A stretch of 64,000 nt of DNA from an uncultured delta proteobacterium (GTDB lineage: Bacteria > Desulfobacterota > Desulfobacteria > Desulfobacterales > Desulfosalsimonadaceae): assembly GCA_963826785.1 (NCBI GenBank), contig CAWGYD010000001.1:288001-352000 (forward strand). Direction: 5' to 3'. The notes below the pieces were generated by a model, which worked only from the letters and a program-made list of their open reading frames with translations, did no database searches and had not been told where the DNA came from. Below are positions 1 through 10,112 of the stretch, piece by piece; within the stretch, counting starts at the first letter, position 1; each line of letters starts with the position of its first letter. A program made the position numbers and the translations under genes.

Positions 1-576
1 CAGCGCCGTGCCGGCAAATATCAGGACAAAACTTCCCCATAAAATGGCCAGGTAATGGATCTTCTGCTTGTACATGAATTTTTCCATCCGGGGCCGGAAT
101 GGCGCAAACCCGAGGAAGTATTTTACATCCTGTATCAGATCAAAAAGATCTTTGGGCATCGGCACCTGGGTCCGACGGATATCGAATTCTCTGGCGATCA
201 GTTTTCTGGCGCTTCCCGCAGCGATGGTCAGCACATGGTACACGGATGCGGCGACCATCACGAAGGCGGCGCTCCGGTGGATCAATTGCGCCGTATCGAC
301 GCCGCCGAAAAGAAAAATAACATAGGGCGACCAGAACACGTCGCTGTAGTGAAGCGGGATGCCGGTGGCGGCCAGTGCGATAAAGGTGGTGAAAATCAGG
401 ATGTGCTGAATGACAATGTGCACCGAGTAGCGGGGGAGATCGCCCAGGGGATTGGATTTCACATATTTATAGATATCCCGGGGGATGTATCCCACGCCCG
501 CCACATGGGTAAAGTAATCGGCCGGCCGGGTCTTCGTCAGGGCCGGGGCGGCAATCTCTTTGGCGGCGGCAGTCAT
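1..576 (-). CDS. Cytochrome b/b6-domain (FdnI/HydC-like) membrane subunit, runs off the window edge
   Basis: Not in the ORF track; translated by hand from ATG at 576 (AAGGAG upstream): ...RYSVHIVIQHILIFTTFIALAATGIPLHY...LIHRSAAFVMVAASVYHVL...KFMYKQKIHYLAILWG. TM helices with heme-b His pattern; directly downstream of a multiheme cytochrome. Confidence 0.85.
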   Translation of the reverse strand, partial: MTAAAKEIAAPALTKTRPADYFTHVAGVGYIPRDIYKYVKSNPLGDLPRYSVHIVIQHILIFTTFIALAATGIPLHYSDVFWSPYVIFLFGGVDTAQLIHRSAAFVMVAASVYHVLTIAAGSARKLIAREFDIRRTQVPMPKDLFDLIQDVKYFLGFAPFRPRMEKFMYKQKIHYLAILWGSFVLIFAGTAL

Positions 577-604
577 CGGGGCTCCTTTTGCAGGCATTTT
601 TTCA

Positions 605-1678
605 TCATTTCGGTCTCTTCTGATTTCGCCAGCTGCTCCCGGCTTTTATTTTCATGCCGATGCCGTCTTTTTTCCGGCGGTACGTTTCCAGAAACAAGAG
701 CCCCATGAGGCCGAATACGGTGCCATAGAGGATGATCCTGAGCACCATGTTGCTGATCAGAAACAGGATGGGATTACGCGGCTCATTAATGCTGGGGTGG
801 ACGGCGATTTTGACGAAATGTTCGTTGATCCGGGTGTGGCAATTCTTGCAGGTGGCCTGCAGGTTATTTTCGTTTATCGAGGATTTCGGGTTGTCTTTTT
901 TATAGATGTCATGAATCAGGCTGGAGGTATGGCAGCTGATGCAGTTGGCGGAATCGGAAGAGCCCAGCGTGGTCATCTTGCCGTGGATGGACTCCTTGTA
1001 GGTTTCGACCACTTCCAGGCCCGCGCCGGAAACCCCCAGCTGTTTCATCAGCGGGGCATTGGCGTGGCAGTTTTCGGCGCACAACGTCACGATCTCCTTT
1101 GAAGACCGGGAGGTCTTATGGCGCAGCCGGTGGGTGATGTGCCGGTAGGCCTCCGTCACCCCTTTTTTCTGATGGCAGTTCAGGCAGCGGTCCAGGGTTT
1201 TGCCATAGGAAATGATATTTTCGTCGACTCGTTTATACAGCGGATTCAAATGGCAGTACTTGCAATCCGGCTTGGATTGCTTCATCAGCGGCGAATCATC
1301 CGGTTTAATCGCGTGCACGCTGGTATTGAACACATCGATGATCTTCTGATGCGAAAAGTTTTTTTCCGCAAAGGGCGGCTTGATGTGGCATTCATTGGCG
1401 CAATTGACTTTTTCCGTCACCGGGTCATGGGGAAATTTCCTGATGTAGGTATGGCATCCCCGGCACTCCACTTCTCCGTGCAGGCTGTTTAAAAAAATAT
1501 GCTCATCCACCTGATAATTCCGCACCAATCCGTCTTCGCCGATTCTGCCCATGAACGGATATTTATGGCACATGAGGCAGTTTTCCTTGTCGGCGGCCCG
1601 GGCGTTCGAAAAACCGGATAAACCGGTCCCCAGAACCCCAAGCGACAATACTGCAATCAGGAGATATACCCGTTTCAA
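605..1678 (-). CDS. Membrane-anchored multiheme cytochrome c (6 CxxCH + 2 CxxxCH)
   Basis: CLMCH, CRGCH, CKYCH, CLNCH, CISCH, CKNCH plus CANECH, CAENCH. Signal peptide ending ARA and a C-terminal TM helix. Likely start TTG at 1678 (GAGGG upstream) rather than 1792. Confidence 0.88.
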   Translation of the reverse strand: MKRVYLLIAVLSLGVLGTGLSGFSNARAADKENCLMCHKYPFMGRIGEDGLVRNYQVDEHIFLNSLHGEVECRGCHTYIRKFPHDPVTEKVNCANECHIKPPFAEKNFSHQKIIDVFNTSVHAIKPDDSPLMKQSKPDCKYCHLNPLYKRVDENIISYGKTLDRCLNCHQKKGVTEAYRHITHRLRHKTSRSSKEIVTLCAENCHANAPLMKQLGVSGAGLEVVETYKESIHGKMTTLGSSDSANCISCHTSSLIHDIYKKDNPKSSINENNLQATCKNCHTRINEHFVKIAVHPSINEPRNPILFLISNMVLRIILYGTVFGLMGLLFLETYRRKKDGIGMKIKAGSSWRNQKRPK

Positions 1679-1700
1679 TGGTTCAGTTCCCTCGCTTGAA

Positions 1701-2594
1701 TTACATCTGGTGACATGCGATGCACAATTTGCCCGGCAGCCGGTGCCGGAACTTGCTGTCCGCCCCTTTGGCCGAAGGCTTGTCCGCGGCAATGACCCCT
1801 TTCTGATGGGGATTGTGACAGGTGATGCAGGTCATCTTGCCGTCTTTGGTCAGCGGAAGGATGATGTCATATTGCGCTTTCATGGCGTCCATCCGCTTGA
1901 GCGCTTCGGCCGACGGTTTGACCGCCGTGTGGTCGAAGTTGCCGGAGTGATTCCCGTTAATCTGGTGGCACCGCCTGCACAGGGTCTTGATATCCCCGAT
2001 GAAGGTGACTTCCTTGTAGGTCGCATTTTTTTCATCCGGCTTTTTCGCATGGCAATAAAGGCACATCCGGGTGTTCAGTTCGCCGTTGGCCGCTATCTGG
2101 TGATGCGCGTTTAATTTCTGGTAATCCGTACGGTCATGGCACTGGTAACAGAAATCCGTTTTCCGGGGGTAGGGCGCCCCCCGCAATGACTGCCGTTCAA
2201 ACAGGCGCTTCTGGCATTGACGGTAGACATCATGGCAGGTATTGCAGGTGAACTGACCGTCTTTTCTGGGAAATCCATCCGATATTTTTATTTTTTCGAC
2301 AGACGCCTGCACAATGTCCAGTGGATGGCAATAGCCGGGTGACATGCCGTGATGGCACCGGCACAACAGCTGGTAATCGCCATTGAATTTCAGGAAGGGA
2401 TCGCCGCCTTCAACCGGGGTCTTTTCGTGGCACTCGCTGCAGAATCGTCCGGTATAGTGTATGTTCGTATTCTCATCGACAACGCGGGTATCCGTCCGGG
2501 GGTTGATCTTTTCTGCTTCTTTTTCCCCGGGCAGGGACCGGCAGCCGCAAAAATACAAAAAGGCGATCAGAAGAATTATGGCTATGTTTCTCAT
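1701..2594 (-). CDS. Multiheme cytochrome c, probable lipoprotein (7 CxxCH)
   Basis: CSECH, CNTCH, CYQCH, CLYCH, CRRCH, CITCH, CIACH and an odd CRCH. N-terminus MRNIAIILLIAFLYFCGC is lipoprotein-like. Confidence 0.88.
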   Translation of the reverse strand: MRNIAIILLIAFLYFCGCRSLPGEKEAEKINPRTDTRVVDENTNIHYTGRFCSECHEKTPVEGGDPFLKFNGDYQLLCRCHHGMSPGYCHPLDIVQASVEKIKISDGFPRKDGQFTCNTCHDVYRQCQKRLFERQSLRGAPYPRKTDFCYQCHDRTDYQKLNAHHQIAANGELNTRMCLYCHAKKPDEKNATYKEVTFIGDIKTLCRRCHQINGNHSGNFDHTAVKPSAEALKRMDAMKAQYDIILPLTKDGKMTCITCHNPHQKGVIAADKPSAKGADSKFRHRLPGKLCIACHQM

Positions 2595-2863
2595 ACATTA
2601 TTTTTTGATATTGTTTTGACGTTTCCCGGACCGGCCGCATTTTTCTCTGCTCTCCCGTATCGCTGGTAACGCCCGTAAACACTGTTTTCACAAAAAAACA
2701 TAGCATTTCGTACCACAATGTGATAGCGGTTTCAATTAAAAAGATTTCACTTGCCGATAAAAGCAGTGAAATTAAAATTATGATGTTTTTCCCAGCGCTT
2801 AATCTTAAGAATGCCTGAAACCGGCCGTGTTCGTCGTGATCCAGGAAAAGGAATTGTTTTTTG

Positions 2864-4126
2864 ATGAAAAGATTGGCGACCCCGCTTCTGCTGTCTCTGT
2901 TATGCCTCATTCAACCGGGCTGCAAATCCGCCCCTGTTCAGGAGAAGACAATCCCCCCTGCAGCCATCGTCAACCCTGAAATACCGGTCCGGGTTGAACC
3001 CGTCCCCGCACCGGAACAGTCCGCGCATGCCCAAGAGAAAAATCCGCCGGTTGAAACCCAACCGGCACCCGAAGTTCAGGACGGGCTCTGCAAGCGGACC
3101 TGGCCTGACGGCAGCATGTATACCGGAGACTGCGTGGAGGGCATCCCCCATGGACAGGGCGCGATGACCTTTCCCGATGGCCGCCGGTACAATGGCCAAT
3201 GGGCAAACGGCAAAATTGCGGGTCTCGGGTCATTGTTTTTTCCGGATGGGAAGAATTATGCCGGCGGATTCCGGGACGGGAAATTCCAGGGCCACGGCAT
3301 CCTGGTTTTTCCGGATGGCAGGGTCTATGTCTGTGAATTTGAAAGCGGCAGCGCTTCGGGCGAGGGAAAAGCGATTTATCCCGATGGCCGGGTATTTTAC
3401 GGCCAATTTACGGATGGCATGCCGAAGGGGCAGGGAAGGCTGACCTTTCCGGACGGAACCGAATATGAAGGCCGGGTGGTTGCCGGCCGCCCTGACGGTG
3501 AGGGCACGGCCACATTTGCCGACCATGTGCGCTACAGCGGGCAATGGAAAAGCGGGGCAAAGCACGGCCGGGGGCTTGAGACCTATCCTGACGGCAGCCG
3601 TTACGAAGGCCGGTGGGAGCAAAATATCCGGCAGGGGCAGGGGATCATGACCTGGCCTGACGGAAAGCGCTATTCCGGCCAATGGGAAAACGGGACCCGC
3701 CGGGGACAAGGCATTGAGACCGGTCCCGACGGCAGCCGGTATGAAGGCGGGTGGGAGGATAATGTCCGGCAGGGACAGGGCGTCATGACATGGCCCGAAG
3801 GGAAAAAATACACCGGACAATGGAAAGAAAACGCCAAGCACGGGCACGGCATTGAGACCTATCCCGACGGCAGCAGCTACGAAGGCGATTGGAAAGAGGG
3901 AAAACCGGCCGGCCGCGGCATTGCGATATACCCCGACGGCAGCAGATATGACGGCCAGTGGCAAGACGGCCGGCCCAACGGGCATGGAAAAGCCACCTAT
4001 GCCGACGGCTCCACGTTCGAAGGCGAGTGGAAATCAGGCGAGGCCCATGGCAAGGGGATGGCCACATTCACCGACGGGACCCAAAAAGCAGGAGAATTTA
4101 AAGCCGGGGAATTCATGGGGGAATAG
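2864..4126 (+). CDS. MORN-repeat lipoprotein
   Basis: Lipobox-like QPGC, Pro-rich linker, then ~15 tandem 23-aa repeats (PDGxxYxGxWxxGxxxGxG). Confidence 0.92.
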   Translation: MKRLATPLLLSLLCLIQPGCKSAPVQEKTIPPAAIVNPEIPVRVEPVPAPEQSAHAQEKNPPVETQPAPEVQDGLCKRTWPDGSMYTGDCVEGIPHGQGAMTFPDGRRYNGQWANGKIAGLGSLFFPDGKNYAGGFRDGKFQGHGILVFPDGRVYVCEFESGSASGEGKAIYPDGRVFYGQFTDGMPKGQGRLTFPDGTEYEGRVVAGRPDGEGTATFADHVRYSGQWKSGAKHGRGLETYPDGSRYEGRWEQNIRQGQGIMTWPDGKRYSGQWENGTRRGQGIETGPDGSRYEGGWEDNVRQGQGVMTWPEGKKYTGQWKENAKHGHGIETYPDGSSYEGDWKEGKPAGRGIAIYPDGSRYDGQWQDGRPNGHGKATYADGSTFEGEWKSGEAHGKGMATFTDGTQKAGEFKAGEFMGE

Positions 4127-4389
4127 CGATCTCTCCCCAGCAACCCGCATCGTTTGCTCTGGCGCCGATCCATCATCCCCGGCTGCGCTGCTCGCCGGTT
4201 GAACAGGTAAACGGATTGGCCCTTTTCGCGCCTTGACGGTAGACCCTTTGAAAGGGGGTTGCATTATTTCATAATTTTTCCCATCATATATAAGGGCTGA
4301 ACAGTTGATCGGACACCCGAACGGATAAATCTTTTTTCGAATAAGGGGAGGGGGGCCGGAACAATGACTTATCGGGGATTTTCATTCCG

Positions 4390-6852
4390 GTGCCGGGGGG
4401 ATCAGCGCGCGTGAGAGATGCCGGATCGCTTCTTGGGTTTGTGTGTTTGGCCGCCGCCGCCGTTTTCATTTTCAATCCTTTTTTTTCCAGTCTTAAAATT
4501 GAAGAAGCCCATGCCCTTCCGTCGCGTTTTGTGCCGCAGCCGGTTGCCATCTCCGCGAATTCGCCCTCCCGTTCCCCCCGCTATATTACCGTGCGGATGG
4601 AAAAGCCGCTTGAAACCCTGGTTGCTGGAGAAACCGGCACCTTCAAACTCGAGGCCCGCCTGAAGCATCCTGCGAATGCATCGGAAAAAGGGGTTGAGTG
4701 GAATCGTGAAGCGGCGTTTCCCCTGGTCATCTGGGTCGCATCGCCGGATGAAAGCGGAATCACGTTTATCGACAAAGTCCATCCTCAAAGGCCGCGTCAT
4801 CATATCCTGGTGAAATTCAAGGCCCCCCCCGGAGCCGGCACCGCGCCCCTGACAGCACCGGTTTCATATCAGGTCAATCCGCGGACCCATGCCGGAAAGC
4901 ACCATTTCTGGATGGATGTCTACGGAGAACTGACAACTGCGAACGGCAGCGGGATCCAGGATATGGGCATCATCAGTCTCCCGTTTGAGGTGGACACCCA
5001 TTTCAGGACCAAGCTGCTGATGCTGGCGGTGGTCGCCGCCGCCGTATTTCTGTTCATTGTGGAGTGGGTGCGCGTGGATGTCGTCGCCATCGCGATGATG
5101 GTGCTTCTTCCCGAACTGGGCCTGCTCAACGCGCAGGACACGTTTACCGGCATCAGCAGCAATGCCGTGATGGCCATCATCGGGGTGATGATCATCAGCT
5201 ATGGATTGAACCGGGCGGGGCTGGTCAATCGCATGATTCAGCCCATGCTGAATTACGTCGGCAACAGTTCACGCCGGTTGACGGTGCTGTTTTCCGGGCT
5301 CATTGCCCTGATTTCCAGTGTCATGCAGAATACGGGCGCCGCCGTCCTCTTTCTGCCCGCCATCCGGCTGGCCACGTCCTACCGCTTGAAAATCCCCATT
5401 TCCCGGGTGCTCATGCCCATCGGCATGGCGGCGATTCTCGGCGGCACACTGACCATGATCGGGACAAGTCCGCTGATCCTGCTCAATGACCTTCTGCCGC
5501 CGGGCATGCCCAAATTCAGTTTCCTGGAACTGACACCCATCGGGCTCGTTCTGGTGGTTGGGGGCATCTCATTTCTGTCCACCATGGGGATGCGCATGCT
5601 TGCCGCCCAGTCTAAAAACCTCTCCAATATGGAAAACGGCGGGGCCGGTCACCTGCAAGAAGGAATCCTGGGCGCTTATCCATTGATCAAGGGCCCCTTT
5701 GAGATCGGCATACCCAAGGATTACCGGCCGGGGCCCCTTCCCCAGTCAGTGGTCACGATCCGCCGGCGTTTCATGGTGAACATCGTGGCCTCGGCCGAGT
5801 CAAACGGCTCCTGCAAAATCGCCCCTCTTCCGGATACGACGATCCGGCCCGGCCATGTCCTGTGCGCCTACGGCCCCGCAAGCGCCATAGAAGAATTTGT
5901 CAGGGATTACGGGCTGATCCTGAAGGAAGCGCCGGACTGCTTCAAGGACAGCATGTTCAATCCTTCCCTGGCGGGGGTGGTCGAGGGGGTGGTGTCCCCC
6001 CGGTCCGGTCTGATCGGCAAAACCATCAAGGAAATCGGCTTTCGGGAGACATTCGGCGTAAATCCTCTGGCCATTCTCCAGTCCGGCACGATTTATTATC
6101 GCCAGCTGGCGGACCGCCCCCTGCAATCCGGCGACGCGATTCTCATGCACGGCACCTGGGAGCAATTTCACGCCCTGGAGGACCTTCACCAGAACCTGAT
6201 CATCATCACCCCCTTTGAAAAGGAGTTTCACAAACCTGAAAAATCGGGCTGGGCACTGGCTTGTTTCTCAATGGCGCTTTTTCTGATGATCCTTTCCAGT
6301 TTCTATTTTCAGAGCCGCCCTTACAACCCCATTCCCCTGTCCGTCTGCCTGATGATCGGCGCCATCGGCATGGTCCTGACGCGGGTCATCACCATCAATG
6401 AAGCCTACCACGCGGTGGACTGGCGGACGGTGTTTCTGCTGGGCGGCCTCATCCCGCTGGGAATGGCCATGGATCAGACCGGAACGGCTGAATGGATCGC
6501 CAGGGGGATGGTCACCGGCCTCGGCACCCTCATGTCGCCGCTGCTGCTCCTGCTCGTCCTGGCTGTTCTGAGCTGCGGCTTCACCATGGTGATTTCAAAT
6601 GTCGGCGCCTGCACCCTGCTCGTCCCCCTGGGCATTTCCATGGCCCACCAGATCGGAGTCGATCCCCGCGTTGCGGCAATCGTGGTGGGTCTGGGGGTTT
6701 CAAACTCCTTCCTCCTGCCCACCCATCAGGTGAACGCCCTGTATATGGGGCCCGGAGGGTATCGGACCCGGGACTACGTCAAAATCGGGGGCAGCCTGGC
6801 CATCATCTATATCGGTATCCTGGTGGCAATGACCTATTTTTTCTACCTGTAG
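4390..6852 (+). CDS. SLC13/DASS-family permease with TrkA-C domain(s) and an extra N-terminal domain
   Basis: EWVRVDVVAI, MQNTGAAVLFLP, ILGGTLTMIGTSPLILLN, PTHQVNALYMGPGGY; central soluble RCK-C-like segment (SGLIGKTIKEIGFR). Start codon uncertain. Confidence 0.88.
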   Translation: MPGGSARVRDAGSLLGFVCLAAAAVFIFNPFFSSLKIEEAHALPSRFVPQPVAISANSPSRSPRYITVRMEKPLETLVAGETGTFKLEARLKHPANASEKGVEWNREAAFPLVIWVASPDESGITFIDKVHPQRPRHHILVKFKAPPGAGTAPLTAPVSYQVNPRTHAGKHHFWMDVYGELTTANGSGIQDMGIISLPFEVDTHFRTKLLMLAVVAAAVFLFIVEWVRVDVVAIAMMVLLPELGLLNAQDTFTGISSNAVMAIIGVMIISYGLNRAGLVNRMIQPMLNYVGNSSRRLTVLFSGLIALISSVMQNTGAAVLFLPAIRLATSYRLKIPISRVLMPIGMAAILGGTLTMIGTSPLILLNDLLPPGMPKFSFLELTPIGLVLVVGGISFLSTMGMRMLAAQSKNLSNMENGGAGHLQEGILGAYPLIKGPFEIGIPKDYRPGPLPQSVVTIRRRFMVNIVASAESNGSCKIAPLPDTTIRPGHVLCAYGPASAIEEFVRDYGLILKEAPDCFKDSMFNPSLAGVVEGVVSPRSGLIGKTIKEIGFRETFGVNPLAILQSGTIYYRQLADRPLQSGDAILMHGTWEQFHALEDLHQNLIIITPFEKEFHKPEKSGWALACFSMALFLMILSSFYFQSRPYNPIPLSVCLMIGAIGMVLTRVITINEAYHAVDWRTVFLLGGLIPLGMAMDQTGTAEWIARGMVTGLGTLMSPLLLLLVLAVLSCGFTMVISNVGACTLLVPLGISMAHQIGVDPRVAAIVVGLGVSNSFLLPTHQVNALYMGPGGYRTRDYVKIGGSLAIIYIGILVAMTYFFYL

Positions 6853-7152
6853 CAGGGCAGCGGGGGACTTTTCTATGTGGCCGCCAAATTTTTGGCCCGG
6901 GATTCGTCTATAATAGTAGACCATAATTTCGTTTGTTGTGTATTATTGTATCCGCCTGTATATCTCCAACTCATCCATCGCCCGTCCTGTCGTAACGGTT
7001 TTTGAAAATCCTGTTAATGGGTTAGGTTCTCAGGTATCATCCGATAAGGTTGCGTGGCATAAAAGATGCTGCGCAAGAACCCCTGTTCATCCGGATGATG
7101 GAATACATTGATCGAAAATCATGAAAGGCCGGGGAAATATCCCTTTAAAATA

Positions 7153-9480
7153 ATGAAGAAATCGAAACGCGCCAAGAATCGTTTTTTAAAATTCCTGCTT
7201 TTGTCCGGTTTGGCCGCATTGATCACAGCTGCCGTCTTTATGGCCGTATATGGCTACGCGATTTCCCGGCAAATCGACAAACGTTTCTCGGCCAGGAGAT
7301 GGAGCCTTCCCTCCAGGGTCTATTCCGACACCCTTTTGCTGTACCCGGGGCAGCAATTCAAATTGTCTGCGATTTTGGACAAGCTGGCTCGCCTGGGGTA
7401 CCATAAGGTCTTGCGCGCACCGGAAAAAAAGGGCGAATACGCCTGTGATAAAAAAGCGCTCACCGTTTACCTGCATGACCTGAAAACACCGGAGCAGAAT
7501 GAAAAAGGTTTTCCGGTGCGGCTTGTGTTTCAAAACGATCAGATCGTATCGATCACAAAGAATTCCGACGGCACCCCCATCGGCCTGCTGGAGCTCGAAC
7601 CCGAAGAAATCATGCTTTTTTTCGGACCGGAACGGGAGCGGCGCCAGTTGATTTCCATCGACCAGGTCCCCAAGCATGTGATCCATGCGGTGCTGGCCGC
7701 CGAAGACGCTCATTTCTATTCACACCAGGGGATGGATTATCGCGGCATTTTACGCGCGATTTACGTCAACCTGCGCCATGCGTCCATCAGGCAGGGCGGA
7801 TCGACCATATCCCAGCAGCTGATCAAAAGCTATTTCCTGACGCCGGAAAGGTCCTACAGCCGCAAGCTAAAAGAACTCTGCATGTCCCTCATCATGGAGT
7901 ACATGTATGAAAAAGATGAAATTTTAGAAATTTATCTCAATGAAATATACCTGGGGCAGAAGGGAAGCTCCGCGATAAGCGGCATCGGGGAGGCTTCCTT
8001 TTTCTATTTTGACAAACCGGTATCGGATTTATCGGTTGCAGAAGCAGCCGCCATCGCCGGTCTGATCCGGGGGCCCAACCGGTATTCACCGTATAAGGAT
8101 GCAAACCGGTGCAAAATCCGGCGCAACCAGGTTCTTGCGGCCATGTGCAAGAACGGGTGGATAGATGAAAAGCAGCTTCGTCAATCCACGAAAGCCCCGC
8201 TGGCGCCGGCGGGATATCAGGCATATGGGAAAAAAGCCCGTTATTTCATGGATTACCTGACGGAACAGCTCAAAACCCTGTATTCCGCAAATGATTTATC
8301 CAGTTTGGGACTTTCAATATACACGACATTGGATACCGAGGTTCAGAATGCCGCGGAAAAAGCCCTCGAAAAGGGACTCTCCCGGCTGGAAGGGGCGAAC
8401 CCCGGGCTGAAAAATAATTCAAATCCAGAATCCCGTCTCCAGGGGGTTGTCATCGTGATGCAGCCGCAGACCGGCAACATTCTGGCCATGGCGGGCGGAA
8501 GAGATTACAGCATCAGCCAGTTCAACCGCGCCGTTCATGCGCGCCGTCAGCCCGGAAGCGCCTTTAAGCCGTTTGTGTACACCGCAGGCCTCGATCAGTA
8601 CACGCCGGCTTCCCTGTTGTCGAATATTGAAAAGACCTATGACATTGACGGGACGGTATGGACACCGAAGAACAGTTCCGAATTTCCCCAAACGCATGTC
8701 CGGATGAGAACGGCGCTGGCCAAATCCATCAATGTGCCCACCGTTGACCTGGCCATGCACACCGGTATGGACAAAATCCGAGAGACCTCCAAAGCGTTCG
8801 GGTTTTCGACATTTACAACCATATACCCCTCCATTGCCCTGGGGGCGATGCCGGTGATCCCGCTTGAACTGGCCCGGGCGTATTGTCCGTTTGCGGCAAA
8901 CGGTATTCTGCCGTTTCCGCTCTCCTTGAAGGAAGTCGCAGACGAGAAAAACCAGCTGCTGCAGAGGCGCCACACGCAGACTGCGCGTGCGGTCTCCCCG
9001 GAAAAGGCGTTTCTCATCAATTCCATGCTGCAAAGCGTGGTGAACGAGGGGACCGCAGTTTCCTTGAAGAAAATGGGGATCACGTACCCGGTCTGCGGGA
9101 AAACCGGCACCTCCAACGACAATCGGGATGCCTGGTTTATCGGGTTTACGCCGGATGTCCTTGCGCTGGTATGGGTCGGATTCGACAACGGCGCATCCAT
9201 TTCCGCTTCCGGCGCCAGGGCGGCGCTTCCCATCTGGGCCGACCTGATGTCGCAGCTGCCCCAGTATGTCAGCGGGAATTCTTTTACCATGCCTCCGGGA
9301 GTAACCGAGAACGTTATTTGCCCGAAAAGCGGCATGCTTGCCGTGGAGAACCGGTGCCCGGACCCGGTGAAAGAGTTTTTCCTGACCGGCCATGCCCCCA
9401 ATGCGTTTTGTTCGGAACACCGGACGCACAATCCTTTCAAGCAGGTGATCGATGGGTTTAAAGATGTTTTCAATCCGTAA
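7153..9480 (+). CDS. mrcB: Penicillin-binding protein 1B (bifunctional transglycosylase/transpeptidase)
   Basis: N-terminal TM, UB2H-like segment, TG motifs EDAHFYSHQG, QGGSTISQQLIK, RKLKE; TP motifs SAFK, SIN, KTGT. Confidence 0.9.
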   Translation: MKKSKRAKNRFLKFLLLSGLAALITAAVFMAVYGYAISRQIDKRFSARRWSLPSRVYSDTLLLYPGQQFKLSAILDKLARLGYHKVLRAPEKKGEYACDKKALTVYLHDLKTPEQNEKGFPVRLVFQNDQIVSITKNSDGTPIGLLELEPEEIMLFFGPERERRQLISIDQVPKHVIHAVLAAEDAHFYSHQGMDYRGILRAIYVNLRHASIRQGGSTISQQLIKSYFLTPERSYSRKLKELCMSLIMEYMYEKDEILEIYLNEIYLGQKGSSAISGIGEASFFYFDKPVSDLSVAEAAAIAGLIRGPNRYSPYKDANRCKIRRNQVLAAMCKNGWIDEKQLRQSTKAPLAPAGYQAYGKKARYFMDYLTEQLKTLYSANDLSSLGLSIYTTLDTEVQNAAEKALEKGLSRLEGANPGLKNNSNPESRLQGVVIVMQPQTGNILAMAGGRDYSISQFNRAVHARRQPGSAFKPFVYTAGLDQYTPASLLSNIEKTYDIDGTVWTPKNSSEFPQTHVRMRTALAKSINVPTVDLAMHTGMDKIRETSKAFGFSTFTTIYPSIALGAMPVIPLELARAYCPFAANGILPFPLSLKEVADEKNQLLQRRHTQTARAVSPEKAFLINSMLQSVVNEGTAVSLKKMGITYPVCGKTGTSNDNRDAWFIGFTPDVLALVWVGFDNGASISASGARAALPIWADLMSQLPQYVSGNSFTMPPGVTENVICPKSGMLAVENRCPDPVKEFFLTGHAPNAFCSEHRTHNPFKQVIDGFKDVFNP

Positions 9481-9958
9481 TGCTTCTATGGTTTTCATTG
9501 CCGCCCTGGTGCTGGCCCTGGTTTCCTGTGCACCCAGAGTGATTGCGCCCTCCCGGGATTCCGTTCGGCTGCCCGCACCGGCAGGTGAGGCTGCCCGTAA
9601 GCCTGCAACGCAACAGCCATCCCCGGCGGAGCAACCCCGGGCCGAGCCCGAGGCCGAACCCAAACCCCGAGTACAACAACCCAGAATGACGGCTTCGCTC
9701 CAACTGACCCAGCAGGCCCAGTCGCTTATCGGGACCCGTCAGGCGGACAGCGCCATCCGTTTGCTTGAAAAAGCAGTGGCGATTGATCCGCTAAACGGCC
9801 AGAACTACTATTATCTGTCCGAAGCCTGGCTGATGAAAGGAAACAGGGCGCAGGCTGAAAATTTCAATGAGATGGCATCGATTTATCTGGATTCGGATGA
9901 AAAATGGCGCCCGCGCATAGCGGATCAGAAACGCAGGATAAAGAAGCTGGCAAATTGA
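9464..9958 (+). CDS. TPR lipoprotein, LpoP-like candidate PBP1B activator
   Basis: Lipobox LVSC, Pro/Gln/Glu linker, TPR helices (AIRLLEKAVAIDPLNGQNYYYLSEAW); overlaps the end of mrcB. Confidence 0.7.
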   Translation: MFSIRNASMVFIAALVLALVSCAPRVIAPSRDSVRLPAPAGEAARKPATQQPSPAEQPRAEPEAEPKPRVQQPRMTASLQLTQQAQSLIGTRQADSAIRLLEKAVAIDPLNGQNYYYLSEAWLMKGNRAQAENFNEMASIYLDSDEKWRPRIADQKRRIKKLAN

Positions 9959-10112
9959 ACCCGCACAAGTCAGCCGATCAGCCGAAATCACCCGGCGCAT
10001 CCAGGTCACTTGAAGGGGTTTTTTTACCGCTTGACTTGTATTTCGATTTCTGAGATACGACCTGATCGTCAATCAGATCTTTTACGTAACCTTTATCTTC
10101 AGGAGGAGACCC

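Noticed and set aside
8419..9663. 414-aa and 278-aa minus-strand ORFs
   Set aside because: Antisense to mrcB; no motifs.
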